Made by a program: the position numbers and the translations under genes
Shown here: piece by piece, positions 7,789 to 16,385 of the stretch
Numbering within the stretch: the first letter of the stretch is position 1
How the letters are laid out: each line of letters begins with the position of its first letter
Notes under the pieces: model-generated
Told to the model about the DNA's origin: nothing
The model's database searches: none
What the model saw: the letters and a program-made list of their open reading frames with translations, nothing else
Assembly: GCF_000940845.1 (NCBI RefSeq)
Contig: NZ_CP010341.1
Span: 1,680,001-1,712,000 of the forward strand
Reading direction: 5' to 3'
Source: Propionibacterium freudenreichii subsp. freudenreichii
Lineage (GTDB): Bacteria; Actinomycetota; Actinomycetes; Propionibacteriales; Propionibacteriaceae
DNA length: 32,000 bases

Positions 7789-8683
7789 CCGCCGAGCGGT
7801 TCCGGGTGAAGAACTGCAGGCCGGGCGCGCCGCGCTCCAACAGGTCCGAGGCCAGCTCGGCGCAGATCTGGGCACCGGTGGCGCGCACGGCCAGCGGATC
7901 ATTGGCCACGGCCATCAGCCGCTCCGTGACGCTGGCGGGCAGCGGCACCCCGGACAGCTCGGCGAACTTGTCGAGCTGGCTGATGGCCGTCACCGGCATC
8001 ATGCCCGCGATCACCGGCAGGGTGCAGCCATCGGCGCGCATCCGGTCGATCAGGTCGTAATAGGCACTCGGGCGGAAGAACAGCTGGGTGATGGCGAACT
8101 CGGCCCCGGCGTCCTGCTTGTCGTGCAGCACGCGCACATCCTGCTCGGGGGTCGATCCGGGATGGATGTCGGGGAAGGCCCCCACACCCACGCAGTAGTC
8201 GCCGCGGCTCTTCACCAACTCGACCAGCTCGGTGGCATTCTTCAGCCCCTGGGGATGTGGCTCCCAGGGCTGGCGGGGCCCGCCGGGCATGTCGCCCCGC
8301 ACGGCCAGGATGTGGTGCACGCCCAGGTCGCCGTAGGCGTCGATCACCGACTTGAGCTCGTCCACGCTCTGCCCGGTGCAGGTGAGGTGTCCCACGACCC
8401 TCAGCTTGGTGGACGCCACCATGTCGCGGACGGCGGCCAGGGTGCGATCACGCAGTGATCCGTTGGCGCCATAGGTCACCGAGACGAAATCGGGGTTCCA
8501 GGGCTCGAGCTTCTCGATGGCCTCGTGCAACACCCGGGCGCCCTCATCGGTCTTGGGGGGAAAGAACTCAACGCTGAAGGTGGGTCGCTCGGCCCGCGCC
8601 AGCAACTCGGCAATCGTCTGCGTGGTGTCGGTGTTGCTCCGTCGGGCGGGGGCGAGGTCAGCGGGTCGATAGTTGTCCAGCAC
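7742..8683 (-). CDS. metF: Methylenetetrahydrofolate reductase
   Basis: The C-terminal ~313 aa of the 696-aa track ORF carry FSVEFFPPKTDEG and FVSVTYGANGSLRDRT (MetF signature). The ORF upstream of ~8700 is antisense to idsA. The proposed GTG start at 8683 lies 7 nt after a TACGCT -10-like hexamer, suggesting a leaderless transcript. The start is uncertain. Confidence 0.8.
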   Translation of the reverse strand: MLDNYRPADLAPARRSNTDTTQTIAELLARAERPTFSVEFFPPKTDEGARVLHEAIEKLEPWNPDFVSVTYGANGSLRDRTLAAVRDMVASTKLRVVGHLTCTGQSVDELKSVIDAYGDLGVHHILAVRGDMPGGPRQPWEPHPQGLKNATELVELVKSRGDYCVGVGAFPDIHPGSTPEQDVRVLHDKQDAGAEFAITQLFFRPSAYYDLIDRMRADGCTLPVIAGMMPVTAISQLDKFAELSGVPLPASVTERLMAVANDPLAVRATGAQICAELASDLLERGAPGLQFFTRNRSAATREILAILLARRPW

Positions 8684-8690
8684 GTTGGTC

Positions 8691-8696
8691 AGCGTA
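8691..8696 (-). promoter_or_regulatory. Candidate -10 hexamer (TACGCT) for leaderless metF
   Basis: TANNNT-type hexamer 7 nt upstream of the GTG at 8683. The intergenic region to idsA is only 45 bp. Confidence 0.3.
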
Positions 8697-8728
8697 TCCA
8701 GCCGCCCACTAGGCTTCCGGGCGTGTCC

Positions 8729-9799
8729 ATGCCTGCCTTCGATCCCACCGACCCCGCCGGTCCCGCATTCCGTGATGCCGTCGGTGCCCGGGTCGGCTTG
8801 TTCCTTGACCAGATCGATGAAGAATTGGCGCCGGTTTCGCCGCTGATGTCCGAGCTGGTGGGCCTGGCACGTCGCTTCACGGCCGGGGGCAAGCGACTTC
8901 GTCCGGCGTTCTGCTTCTGGGGCCATGTGGCGGCCGGCGGCGCACCGGCCGATCCCACGGCCCTGCTTGATGCCACGGCCGGCTTCGAGTTGCTGCACGT
9001 TGCGGCGCTGGTGCACGACGACCTCATCGACGACTCCGACACCCGACGCGGCATGCCGGCGGCCCACCGCCAGCTGGAGGAACTGCATCGCCGCCGTGGT
9101 GGCGTCGGCGATCCCGCAGCCTTCGGACGGGCCGGGGCCATCCTGCTCGGCGATCTGCTCGCCGCGTGGTCGACACAGCGCTTCGCCACCGCTGGACTGG
9201 ACCCCGCAGCCTTCGCCCGGGCGCGCTGGGTGCTCGACGCGGTGCGTACCGACGTCAATGTCGGCCAATTCCTCGACCTGGCCGCCGAGGGCGGCCTGGC
9301 AGGCGGTGCTGGCCTGGCCACTGCCGAACAGGTGGTGGAGTACAAGACCGCCCGCTACACCGTGATCCGTCCGCTGCAGTTCGGTGCCGCCCTGGCCGGC
9401 GCCCCGGCGCAGCTGCTCGATGGCCTGGCGCACGTGGGCTCGGCAGTGGGCCGGGCCTTCCAGTTCCGCGACGACCTGCTGGGGGTCTTCGGCGACGAGG
9501 AGCTCACCGGCAAGCCGGCCGGCGACGACCTGCGCGAGAACAAGCGCACCGTCCTGGTGGTCGATGCGCTGTACGACCAACCCCAACTCGCCGATTACCT
9601 GGGCCGACCCCTGTCCGACCCGGAATTGGACGAGGCCCGGGAGATCCTGCGGGGCAGCGGCGCCGTGAGCCGTCTCAACGCTCGGATCGACCGCGATTCC
9701 GCCGCCGCACTGCGGGGATTGTCCGGTCTGCAGATCACCGACGAGGGACGAACCGCCTTGGAATCGTTGGTCCATGCTGCGGTCGACCGCCAGTTCTGA
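8729..9799 (+). CDS. idsA: Polyprenyl (geranylgeranyl) diphosphate synthase
   Basis: First Asp-rich motif LVHDDLIDDSDTRRG and second FQFRDDLLGVFGD. The start is taken at the ATG at 8729 (MPAFDPTD...). The upstream part of the track ORF overlaps metF. Confidence 0.85.
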   Translation: MPAFDPTDPAGPAFRDAVGARVGLFLDQIDEELAPVSPLMSELVGLARRFTAGGKRLRPAFCFWGHVAAGGAPADPTALLDATAGFELLHVAALVHDDLIDDSDTRRGMPAAHRQLEELHRRRGGVGDPAAFGRAGAILLGDLLAAWSTQRFATAGLDPAAFARARWVLDAVRTDVNVGQFLDLAAEGGLAGGAGLATAEQVVEYKTARYTVIRPLQFGAALAGAPAQLLDGLAHVGSAVGRAFQFRDDLLGVFGDEELTGKPAGDDLRENKRTVLVVDALYDQPQLADYLGRPLSDPELDEAREILRGSGAVSRLNARIDRDSAAALRGLSGLQITDEGRTALESLVHAAVDRQF

Positions 9800-9922
9800 C
9801 CGGGGCCCACCGCGCGAATCGCCGTCCGGCACTGATTCGGGTTCACCCCCGACGATCAGGACGCCTACTATGTAACCGGGCTGACACGGCCTACTTCCCC
9901 CGACCGTGTTTGGAGCATTTCT

Positions 9923-12193
9923 GTGACGAGAGACAGCACGAGTGACCCCTTGGTGGGTGACGTGCTAGCGGGCCGCTACGAGATCGTGAGGAAACTCGCG
10001 CGTGGCGGCATGGCTACCGTTTACCGTGCCCGGGATCGCCGACTGGGTCGCGTCGTTGCAGTCAAGGTGATGCATGAGGGCCTCGGCGATGACGCCGACT
10101 TCGCCCGCAAGTTCGATCGTGAGGCCCGCGCCGTCGCACGGCTGTCAGATCCCCATGTGGTGGGTGTCTTCGACCAGGGACGTGACCACGGCCGCCCCTA
10201 TATCGTCATGGAATTCGTTGAGGGTTGCACGCTGCGCAATCTGATCACCCGCGAGGCGCCCTTCAGCCCGGCCCGGGCCCTGGAACTCATTGAGCCCGTC
10301 GTGGCGGCCCTGGCGGCCGCCCACGAATCCGGGCTGGTGCACCGTGATGTGAAGCCCGAGAACGTGCTGATCGGCCCGCACGGGCAGGTGAAGGTGGCCG
10401 ATTTCGGCCTCGCCCGGGCGGTCACCGCCCAAACCGTCACCGCGGCACACGGACTGGTGATCGGCACCGTCAGCTATCTGCCCCCCGAGCTGGTCACCAA
10501 CGGCCATGCCGACGCGCGCTCCGACATCTATTCCACCGGCGTGGTGCTCTACGAGCTGCTCACCGGGGAGAAGCCCTATGCGGGTGACACGCCCATCCAG
10601 GTGGCCTATGCACACGTGAACAAGGCGGTGCCCCCGCCCTCGGTCACCCTGCGGCGCACGAACCATGCCCCGGTGCCCGACTACATCGACGCGCTGACCG
10701 TGGCCTGCACCCGCCGCGAGCCCGACCAACGGCCCCGCGATGGCATCGACCTGCTGGCCCGGCTGCGGCGCGCCCGCATGGCGCTTGCGGCCGGCGTGGG
10801 CAATGACCCCTCGCTGTCGGCCATCATGAATCCTGCCGCGTTCCGTTCGTCACAGGTCTGGAGTGGTTCACCCACCGCCCGGGTTGATGTCGTGCACACC
10901 GAACCGGTGGCGACCCGCCAGGCCGCCCTGCCGGCCCAGCACATGGCGGGCCAGCAGCTGGCCGGCGCCGCGACGGGCCCTGCCGCAACGGTCCCGGCCC
11001 CGCGCCTGACGGCCACGATGGGGGCCTCCACCACGAGCTCCGTCACCAATTCGGGTGGCATCGACGTGCTGGCGGCCCGGCAGGCGTCGCCCAGTGCCCC
11101 GCCCACACCCCGCACGGCACGCTCCACGGCCGACCCGGTGCGTCCCATGACAGCCGGCTGGCGTGCCATGTCGGCAGGCTCCGGGCCACGCACGCCGGTG
11201 AGTCCGGTCGATTTCCGCGCCCGCCTGGCGGCCGATCCGGATGCCCAGCTGCCGCGCAGTGGTCGCACTCCGCGCTTCCCTGAACTGGTCAACGACCCGG
11301 TGCACCGTCGTCGGCGCGGAATCGTGGCCACCGTGCTGGTGATCCTCATCGCCCTGGGCGTCGGGTGCCTGTCGTGGTGGCTGGCCAGCGGACGCTATGT
11401 CAGCGCACCGGCAGTCATCGGCATGAACCGCACCGTGGCCCAGGGCGCTGCCCAGAAGGTCGGCGTGACGATCAGCTTCTCCGAGGACTACGACGACGCG
11501 GTGCCGGCCGGCGACGTGGTGCGCACGACCCCCGAGGCCGGTTCACGCATGGTGCGCAAGGACGAACTGCACGCGGTGATCTCGCAGGGGCCGCAGAGCT
11601 ATCCCATGCCCACCGTGGTGGGGCTGGACAAGGATGCGGCCACCAGGGCCCTGGCCGATGCCCATCTGAGGGTCGGCACGATCCGGCAGGACTATGACGC
11701 CGACCACGCCGAGGGAATCGTCAGCGGAGCCAGCGCCTCACCGGGATCCCAGGTGCGCCACGACGCGACGGTCGACCTCACGGTCTCCAGGGGTCCGGCT
11801 CCGGTGAGGGTGCCGGGGCTGAGCGGCAAGACCCGCGATGACGCCACGGCCGCGTTGGACGCCCTGGGGTTGAAGGCCGACGTCAGCACGCAGCATTCTG
11901 ATGCGGTGGCCTCGGGGTCGGTGATCTCGCAGGATCCCGCCGACGGTGAGCTCAGGCCCGGCGACACCGTCAAGGTCGTCGTCTCCGATGGGGGCGCCCC
12001 CACGGACGTGCCCGATGTGCGTGTCCGCTCAACCGCCGACGCCCACAAGGTGTTGGAGGCCGCGGGCTTCCACGTCGACGAGGTGATGGTCGATCCCGAC
12101 GCCCGCATTCGCCTGGGTCGGGTGCAACGCACCGACCCCGATCCGGGTGCCAAGCTGCCCAAGGGCACCACGGTGAAGATCTTCATCATCTGA
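9923..12193 (+). CDS. Ser/Thr protein kinase with four extracellular PASTA domains
   Basis: Kinase motifs GRYEIVRKLARGGMATVYRA, VAVKV, HRDVKPENVL, DFGLA and SYLPPE. A ~190-aa Pro/Ala/Ser/Thr-rich linker follows. TM segment IVATVLVILIALGVGCLSWWLA. Four PASTA-like repeats run to the C-terminus. GTG start with GGAG upstream. Confidence 0.9.
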   Translation: MTRDSTSDPLVGDVLAGRYEIVRKLARGGMATVYRARDRRLGRVVAVKVMHEGLGDDADFARKFDREARAVARLSDPHVVGVFDQGRDHGRPYIVMEFVEGCTLRNLITREAPFSPARALELIEPVVAALAAAHESGLVHRDVKPENVLIGPHGQVKVADFGLARAVTAQTVTAAHGLVIGTVSYLPPELVTNGHADARSDIYSTGVVLYELLTGEKPYAGDTPIQVAYAHVNKAVPPPSVTLRRTNHAPVPDYIDALTVACTRREPDQRPRDGIDLLARLRRARMALAAGVGNDPSLSAIMNPAAFRSSQVWSGSPTARVDVVHTEPVATRQAALPAQHMAGQQLAGAATGPAATVPAPRLTATMGASTTSSVTNSGGIDVLAARQASPSAPPTPRTARSTADPVRPMTAGWRAMSAGSGPRTPVSPVDFRARLAADPDAQLPRSGRTPRFPELVNDPVHRRRRGIVATVLVILIALGVGCLSWWLASGRYVSAPAVIGMNRTVAQGAAQKVGVTISFSEDYDDAVPAGDVVRTTPEAGSRMVRKDELHAVISQGPQSYPMPTVVGLDKDAATRALADAHLRVGTIRQDYDADHAEGIVSGASASPGSQVRHDATVDLTVSRGPAPVRVPGLSGKTRDDATAALDALGLKADVSTQHSDAVASGSVISQDPADGELRPGDTVKVVVSDGGAPTDVPDVRVRSTADAHKVLEAAGFHVDEVMVDPDARIRLGRVQRTDPDPGAKLPKGTTVKIFII

Positions 12194-12225
12194 GGACATG
12201 TTCCCGGACGCCGCCGCGACCTGCG

Positions 12226-12231
12226 TAGATT
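12226..12231 (+). promoter_or_regulatory. Candidate -10 hexamer (TAGATT) for a leaderless EamA transporter transcript
   Basis: The TAGATT-gaccct-GTG configuration places a TANNNT hexamer 6 nt before the start codon at 12238. There is no RBS. Confidence 0.35.
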
Positions 12232-12237
12232 GACCCT

Positions 12238-13161
12238 GTGAGTTCTGCCCCCGAGCATCCGGCGGCCCGCCGCCCTTCCAGCCTGCCGGCGGCGTCGGCC
12301 CTGCTGCTGATTGCGATGCTGTGGGGTTCGAGCTATTTCATGAACAAGGCCCTGGTGGGCATGATGCCACCGGGAGACATCACGGCGGTGCGCTTCACCA
12401 TGTCGGCGATCGTGCTGGCCCTGGTGGCCCCCCGGGCCCTGCGGATGAGCCGTCGCACCCTGTTGCAGGGCATCGCGATGGGCACGGCCTACGGGATCGC
12501 CCAGTTGTTCCTGATGTTCGGGATCGTGCGCACCTCCGCATCGGTGTCGGGTTTCCTCACCGGCATGTACGCGGTCTTCACCGCCGTGATGGTGGCGCTG
12601 ATCCTGCGACGCAATCCCCCGCCCCGGGTGTGGATCTCGGTCGGCCTGGCCACGGCCGCACTGGGCGTGCTGACGCTGGCGCCGGGGGCGGCCGGGGGGC
12701 TGGGCCTGGGCGAGCTGTTGTCCATCGCCGCAGCCGTCGGCTTCGCCGCGCACATCGTGCTCACCGACATGTTCATCGCCCAGCAGCGGGTGATGAGCCT
12801 GGCGATCGTGCAGACGGCCACGGTGGCCGTCTGGTCGTTGGCGGTGGCGGCTCCGGGTGGCATCACGATGCCCCGTGGAACCGTCCAATGGGGCGCCCTG
12901 ATCTACCTGGGTGTGTTGTGCGGCGCCCTCACCCTGTTCCTGCAGGCATGGGGCCAGGCACGCATGGAGGCGAGTCGGGCGGCGGTGATCATGAGCTCCG
13001 AACCGCTGTGGGCCGCCGTCTTCGCCGTGCTCGCCGGGCAGGAGGACCTGAGCGTGCGCACGGTGGTCGGCGGCACGCTCATGATGGGTGCCATCTGGCT
13101 GGCGGTGCGCATTCCCCCACTGCGACGCCGCACCGATCCACCACCCGCCGCCGTGTCCTGA
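12238..13161 (+). CDS. EamA/DMT-family transporter (10-TM permease)
   Basis: 307 aa and highly hydrophobic. The EamA-like N-terminus is LLLIAMLWGSSYFMNKALV...ITAVRFTMSAIVL. It has a two-repeat membrane architecture. Confidence 0.8.
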   Translation: MSSAPEHPAARRPSSLPAASALLLIAMLWGSSYFMNKALVGMMPPGDITAVRFTMSAIVLALVAPRALRMSRRTLLQGIAMGTAYGIAQLFLMFGIVRTSASVSGFLTGMYAVFTAVMVALILRRNPPPRVWISVGLATAALGVLTLAPGAAGGLGLGELLSIAAAVGFAAHIVLTDMFIAQQRVMSLAIVQTATVAVWSLAVAAPGGITMPRGTVQWGALIYLGVLCGALTLFLQAWGQARMEASRAAVIMSSEPLWAAVFAVLAGQEDLSVRTVVGGTLMMGAIWLAVRIPPLRRRTDPPPAAVS

Positions 13162-13173
13162 CCCACGGACGGG

Positions 13174-13830
13174 CTAGAGCGTGATCCCCCGGGTGACGGT
13201 CCACGGACGAGGATCGCGCACCGGCACGAACTGGGCCGTGGTGCGGGCCGACAGGTGGCCGGCGATCATCCAGAAGCCGTCGTCGTTGAGCAGCCCGTCG
13301 TGGATCGGGATCATCTGGCGAGGGACCACGCCCCGCACGAAGTCGATGGTCTGCGACACCTTCTCCCAGGGCGCCATCATGGGCACGCAGAGCACGTCAA
13401 TGTCATCGGGCGTCACGTCGAGCGCGTCGCCGGGGTGGAAGACCGAGGGTTCTCCGGGCGCACGCAGCACGAGTCCGAAGTTGCCGACCCGGGGGATGTC
13501 CGGATGGATCACGGCATGGAGGCCGCCGACCACGGTGACGGTGAGCTGCCCGAGCATGATCTGCTGTCCGGACGCCATGGCAGTGGTGGTGGGCACGATG
13601 AGTTGCTCGTTGACCCCCGGCTCGACATAGCAGGGCAGGTCGGGGCGGTCGGCCAGGTAGGCGGGCAGCCGGACCGGATCGGCATGGTCGGCATGTCGGT
13701 GCGTGATGAACACCGCGTCGGGCGTCGCGATGGACTCCCAGCCCCTTGAGTAGACGCCGGGGTCGATCAGCACACGGGCCCCACCCGCCTCGACCAGCAC
13801 GCAGGAATGTCCGAACCGGGTGATCTTCAT
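13174..13830 (-). CDS. MBL-fold metallo-hydrolase
   Basis: MKITRFGHSCVLVEAGGARVLIDPG...VFITHRHADHAD contains the HxHxDH metallo-beta-lactamase motif. The start is taken at the ATG at 13830 (M20 of the track ORF). Confidence 0.8.
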   Translation of the reverse strand: MKITRFGHSCVLVEAGGARVLIDPGVYSRGWESIATPDAVFITHRHADHADPVRLPAYLADRPDLPCYVEPGVNEQLIVPTTTAMASGQQIMLGQLTVTVVGGLHAVIHPDIPRVGNFGLVLRAPGEPSVFHPGDALDVTPDDIDVLCVPMMAPWEKVSQTIDFVRGVVPRQMIPIHDGLLNDDGFWMIAGHLSARTTAQFVPVRDPRPWTVTRGITL

Positions 13831-13948
13831 GTCCCCACTATGCCTGCGTGCGCTGTCCCACGAGTATGCCCCGGTGATGACAGGCATGGGAAGAGACCGC
13901 CGTCGCGGACTCCCCCATGCCTGTGCCTATCCGGGTTCGGTGCTGTGC

Positions 13949-15364
13949 TCAGGCATTCCAGTCAGGAGTGACCGGTGCTGCCGCGTAGCGGTTGCGGTAG
14001 TCATTGAGCCGCTCGGCGATCATGAAGGCCAGCTCGAGGCTCTGGTTGCGGTTCAAGCGGGGATCGCAGGTGGTCTCGTAGCGGCTGGCGAGGTCTTCCT
14101 CGCTGAGCTGGAAGGCCCCACCAAGGCACTCGGTGACATCGTCGCCGGTGAGCTCCACGTGCACCCCGCCGGGCCAGGTGCCCAGCTGCTCGTGCACGTC
14201 GAAGAAGCCGTTGAGCTCGTCGACGACCGCAGCATATTCGCGGGTCTTGTAGCCCTTAGCTGTCTCGAAGGTGTTGCCGTGCATGGGATCACAGACCCAG
14301 GCGACCTTGCGGCCGGAGGCCTCGACCCCCTCGACCAGTGCGGGCAACAGGTCACGGACCTTGCCCGCACCCATCCGGGTGATGAAGGTGATGCGACCAG
14401 GGATGCGCTCCGGATCGAGCCGATCGGCGATCTCCAGGGCATCCTCGGCGGTGGCGGTCGGGCCGAGCTTGACGCCCAGCGGGTTGCGTACGCTGCGCAA
14501 CAGCTCCACGTGGGCACCACCGGGTTGGCGGGTGCGCTCGCCGATCCAGACCATGTGGCCGGAGGTGTCGTAGGGCTCCTGCGAGCGCGAGTCGATACGC
14601 GTCATGGCGTTCTCGTAGTCGAGCAGCAGGGCCTCGTGGCTGGCGTAGAAGTCAACCGTGCGCATGGTCTCGGCATCGACGCCACAGGCCTCCATGAAGC
14701 CCAGGGCACGCTCGATCTCACCGGCCATCTCCTCGTAGCGCTTCTCCACATGCGAGTCGCGGACGAAGCTGGCATTCCATGCATGGAGCTGGCGTAGGTC
14801 GGCGAAGCCGCCCTTGACGAAGGCGCGTACCAGGTTGAGGGTAGCCGCCGACGCGTTGTACATCTGCAGCAGCCGCTCCGGGTCCTGGTGGCGGGCCTGG
14901 GCGGTGAAATCAAAGCCGTTCACGGCGTCACCACGGTAGGCGGGCAGTGTCACGCCCTCGCGGGTCTCGGTGTCCTTGGAGCGCGGCTTGGCGTACTGGC
15001 CGGCCAAGCGGCCGAGCTTGACCACCGGCACCTGCCCGGCATAGGTGAGCACCACGCTCATGGCAAGCAGCACGCGCAGCTTGGCCTTGATGGGATTGGC
15101 CTGCACGCCGTCAAAGGTCTCGGCGCAGTCACCACCCTGCAGCAAGAAGGCCTTGCCGTTGGCCACCTGGGCGAGCTTGTCGCGCAGGTCATCACATTCA
15201 CCGGCGAAGACCAGTGGCGGCAGCGAGCGCAACTTGTCGACGACGCGCTTCTCGGCGGAGGCGTCGGCATAGTGCGGCTGCTGCACCTGGGGCATATCGC
15301 GCAGGCTCAACAACGACGGAAACAGTTCGGGCACGGGCCCAAGGATAATGCGCCGGCGCCACAC
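13949..15364 (-). CDS. aroG: Class II 3-deoxy-D-arabino-heptulosonate-7-phosphate (DAHP) synthase
   Basis: AFLLQGGDCAETF, KPRS, RMGAGK and CDPMHGNT are motifs of class II DAHPS. The start is uncertain: ATG 15364, GTG 15334 (leaderless-like, after TATCCT) or ATG 15295. Confidence 0.9.
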   Translation of the reverse strand: MWRRRIILGPVPELFPSLLSLRDMPQVQQPHYADASAEKRVVDKLRSLPPLVFAGECDDLRDKLAQVANGKAFLLQGGDCAETFDGVQANPIKAKLRVLLAMSVVLTYAGQVPVVKLGRLAGQYAKPRSKDTETREGVTLPAYRGDAVNGFDFTAQARHQDPERLLQMYNASAATLNLVRAFVKGGFADLRQLHAWNASFVRDSHVEKRYEEMAGEIERALGFMEACGVDAETMRTVDFYASHEALLLDYENAMTRIDSRSQEPYDTSGHMVWIGERTRQPGGAHVELLRSVRNPLGVKLGPTATAEDALEIADRLDPERIPGRITFITRMGAGKVRDLLPALVEGVEASGRKVAWVCDPMHGNTFETAKGYKTREYAAVVDELNGFFDVHEQLGTWPGGVHVELTGDDVTECLGGAFQLSEEDLASRYETTCDPRLNRNQSLELAFMIAERLNDYRNRYAAAPVTPDWNA

Positions 15365-15443
15365 ACCGCCCCGCGTCCGCCGTGAGCGTCATCGCAGGGC
15401 CCGGGAGGCCGCAGAACCCGACACGGGGCGGGCCCGACGGGCC

Positions 15444-16385
15444 TCAGCGCCGGGGACGCTCGCCCGCACCACCGTCGGCATAGCGTCGTGCATTGCGAGC
15501 CGCCTCGGCCGCGGCACGTTCGAGGTCGCGCTGGTCCTCCACGCGCAGTTGTTCGCGCTCGATGGCGGCCCGACGGCGCTGTTCCCACAGCGTGGGGTAG
15601 TTGTCGGCGCGTTCCTCGGCCTCGCGATGACGCCGTTGGCGGATCAGCTCCTTGGCCTGGGCGGGCGTGTCGTCCTGGTACAGCTGGCCGGACAGTTCCC
15701 CGATGGCCGCCATGATCTCGGCGGTGCAGCCGCGCAGCAACACCCCGTCGAGGGCGTCGGACAGGGCCGGGCTGGTCCAATAGCGTGAGAAGTCCAGGGG
15801 CTTACCGAAGGCGATGGTCGGGCCGAGCATCCGCGACAGAGTGCGTCCACCCATCCCCTCGCGCTCGGGCAGCTCGATGCCCACCGGCACCACCGGCACC
15901 TGCGTGGCCAGGGCCAGCCAGGCGACCTCGGGGTTGCCCCTGTGCAGGCGTCCGTCCGGCGACGGATCACCCTCGGGGAAGACGACCACCAATTCGCCCT
16001 CCCCCAGCACCGATACCGCGTCGGGATGTCCCGGGGCCGCCCCCTCCAGGGGAATGGCGCGGGCCCGCTTGCCACGGCCGCGCACGTCCGGGTTGAGGTC
16101 CACCAGCCGCACGGGCCGCTCCACCGACGCCTCCAGCCGTGTGAAGTCGGACGGCAGCCGATGGTTGCAGGCCAGGATCGCAGCACCCTCCGGGATGTTC
16201 TCGACCCCCTCGACATGGGCCGTCAGTGCCTCCCGGGTGCCACGGAAGAGACCGCGGGTGAATCCGGCGGCCCGGGCAGCGGCCCTGAGGCTGCCGCGCA
16301 GCGTGGGGGGCCTGGACTCCGGCAGTTGCGGATGGTTGGGCGCATCACGCACTGCGGGGGCATCAGGTCGATCAGTGTCACTCAT
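15444..16385 (-). CDS. PlsC-family acyltransferase with a long charged C-terminal tail
   Basis: HX4D motif NHRLPSD and a VVFPEGDPSPDG block. The ATG at 16385 overlaps the stop of the upstream plsC (ATGAGTGA). ATGs at 16394, 16403 and 16457 are alternatives. The C-terminal ~90 aa are Arg/Glu-rich. Confidence 0.75.
   Translation of the reverse strand: MSDTDRPDAPAVRDAPNHPQLPESRPPTLRGSLRAAARAAGFTRGLFRGTREALTAHVEGVENIPEGAAILACNHRLPSDFTRLEASVERPVRLVDLNPDVRGRGKRARAIPLEGAAPGHPDAVSVLGEGELVVVFPEGDPSPDGRLHRGNPEVAWLALATQVPVVPVGIELPEREGMGGRTLSRMLGPTIAFGKPLDFSRYWTSPALSDALDGVLLRGCTAEIMAAIGELSGQLYQDDTPAQAKELIRQRRHREAEERADNYPTLWEQRRRAAIEREQLRVEDQRDLERAAAEAARNARRYADGGAGERPRR

Noticed and set aside
5803-7902. 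699-aa minus-strand ORF.
   Set aside because: It is entirely antisense to the HelD-like gene, which has Walker A/B motifs. It has no recognisable motif and an Arg/Gly/Ala-rich composition. This is a high-GC artefact. The same reasoning applies to 3023..4417(+), 11692..12888(-), 15814..17505(+), 21200..21889(-), 21986..22675(-), 24097..24942(+), 26311..27192(-) and 29485..30555(+).
8684-9832. N-terminal ~380 aa of the 696-aa minus-strand ORF (7742..9832).
   Set aside because: Only the C-terminal ~313 aa carry MetF motifs. The upstream part is antisense to the well-supported idsA gene, which has clear DDxxD motifs, and has a low-complexity Gly/Ala/Arg composition typical of high-GC antisense frames.
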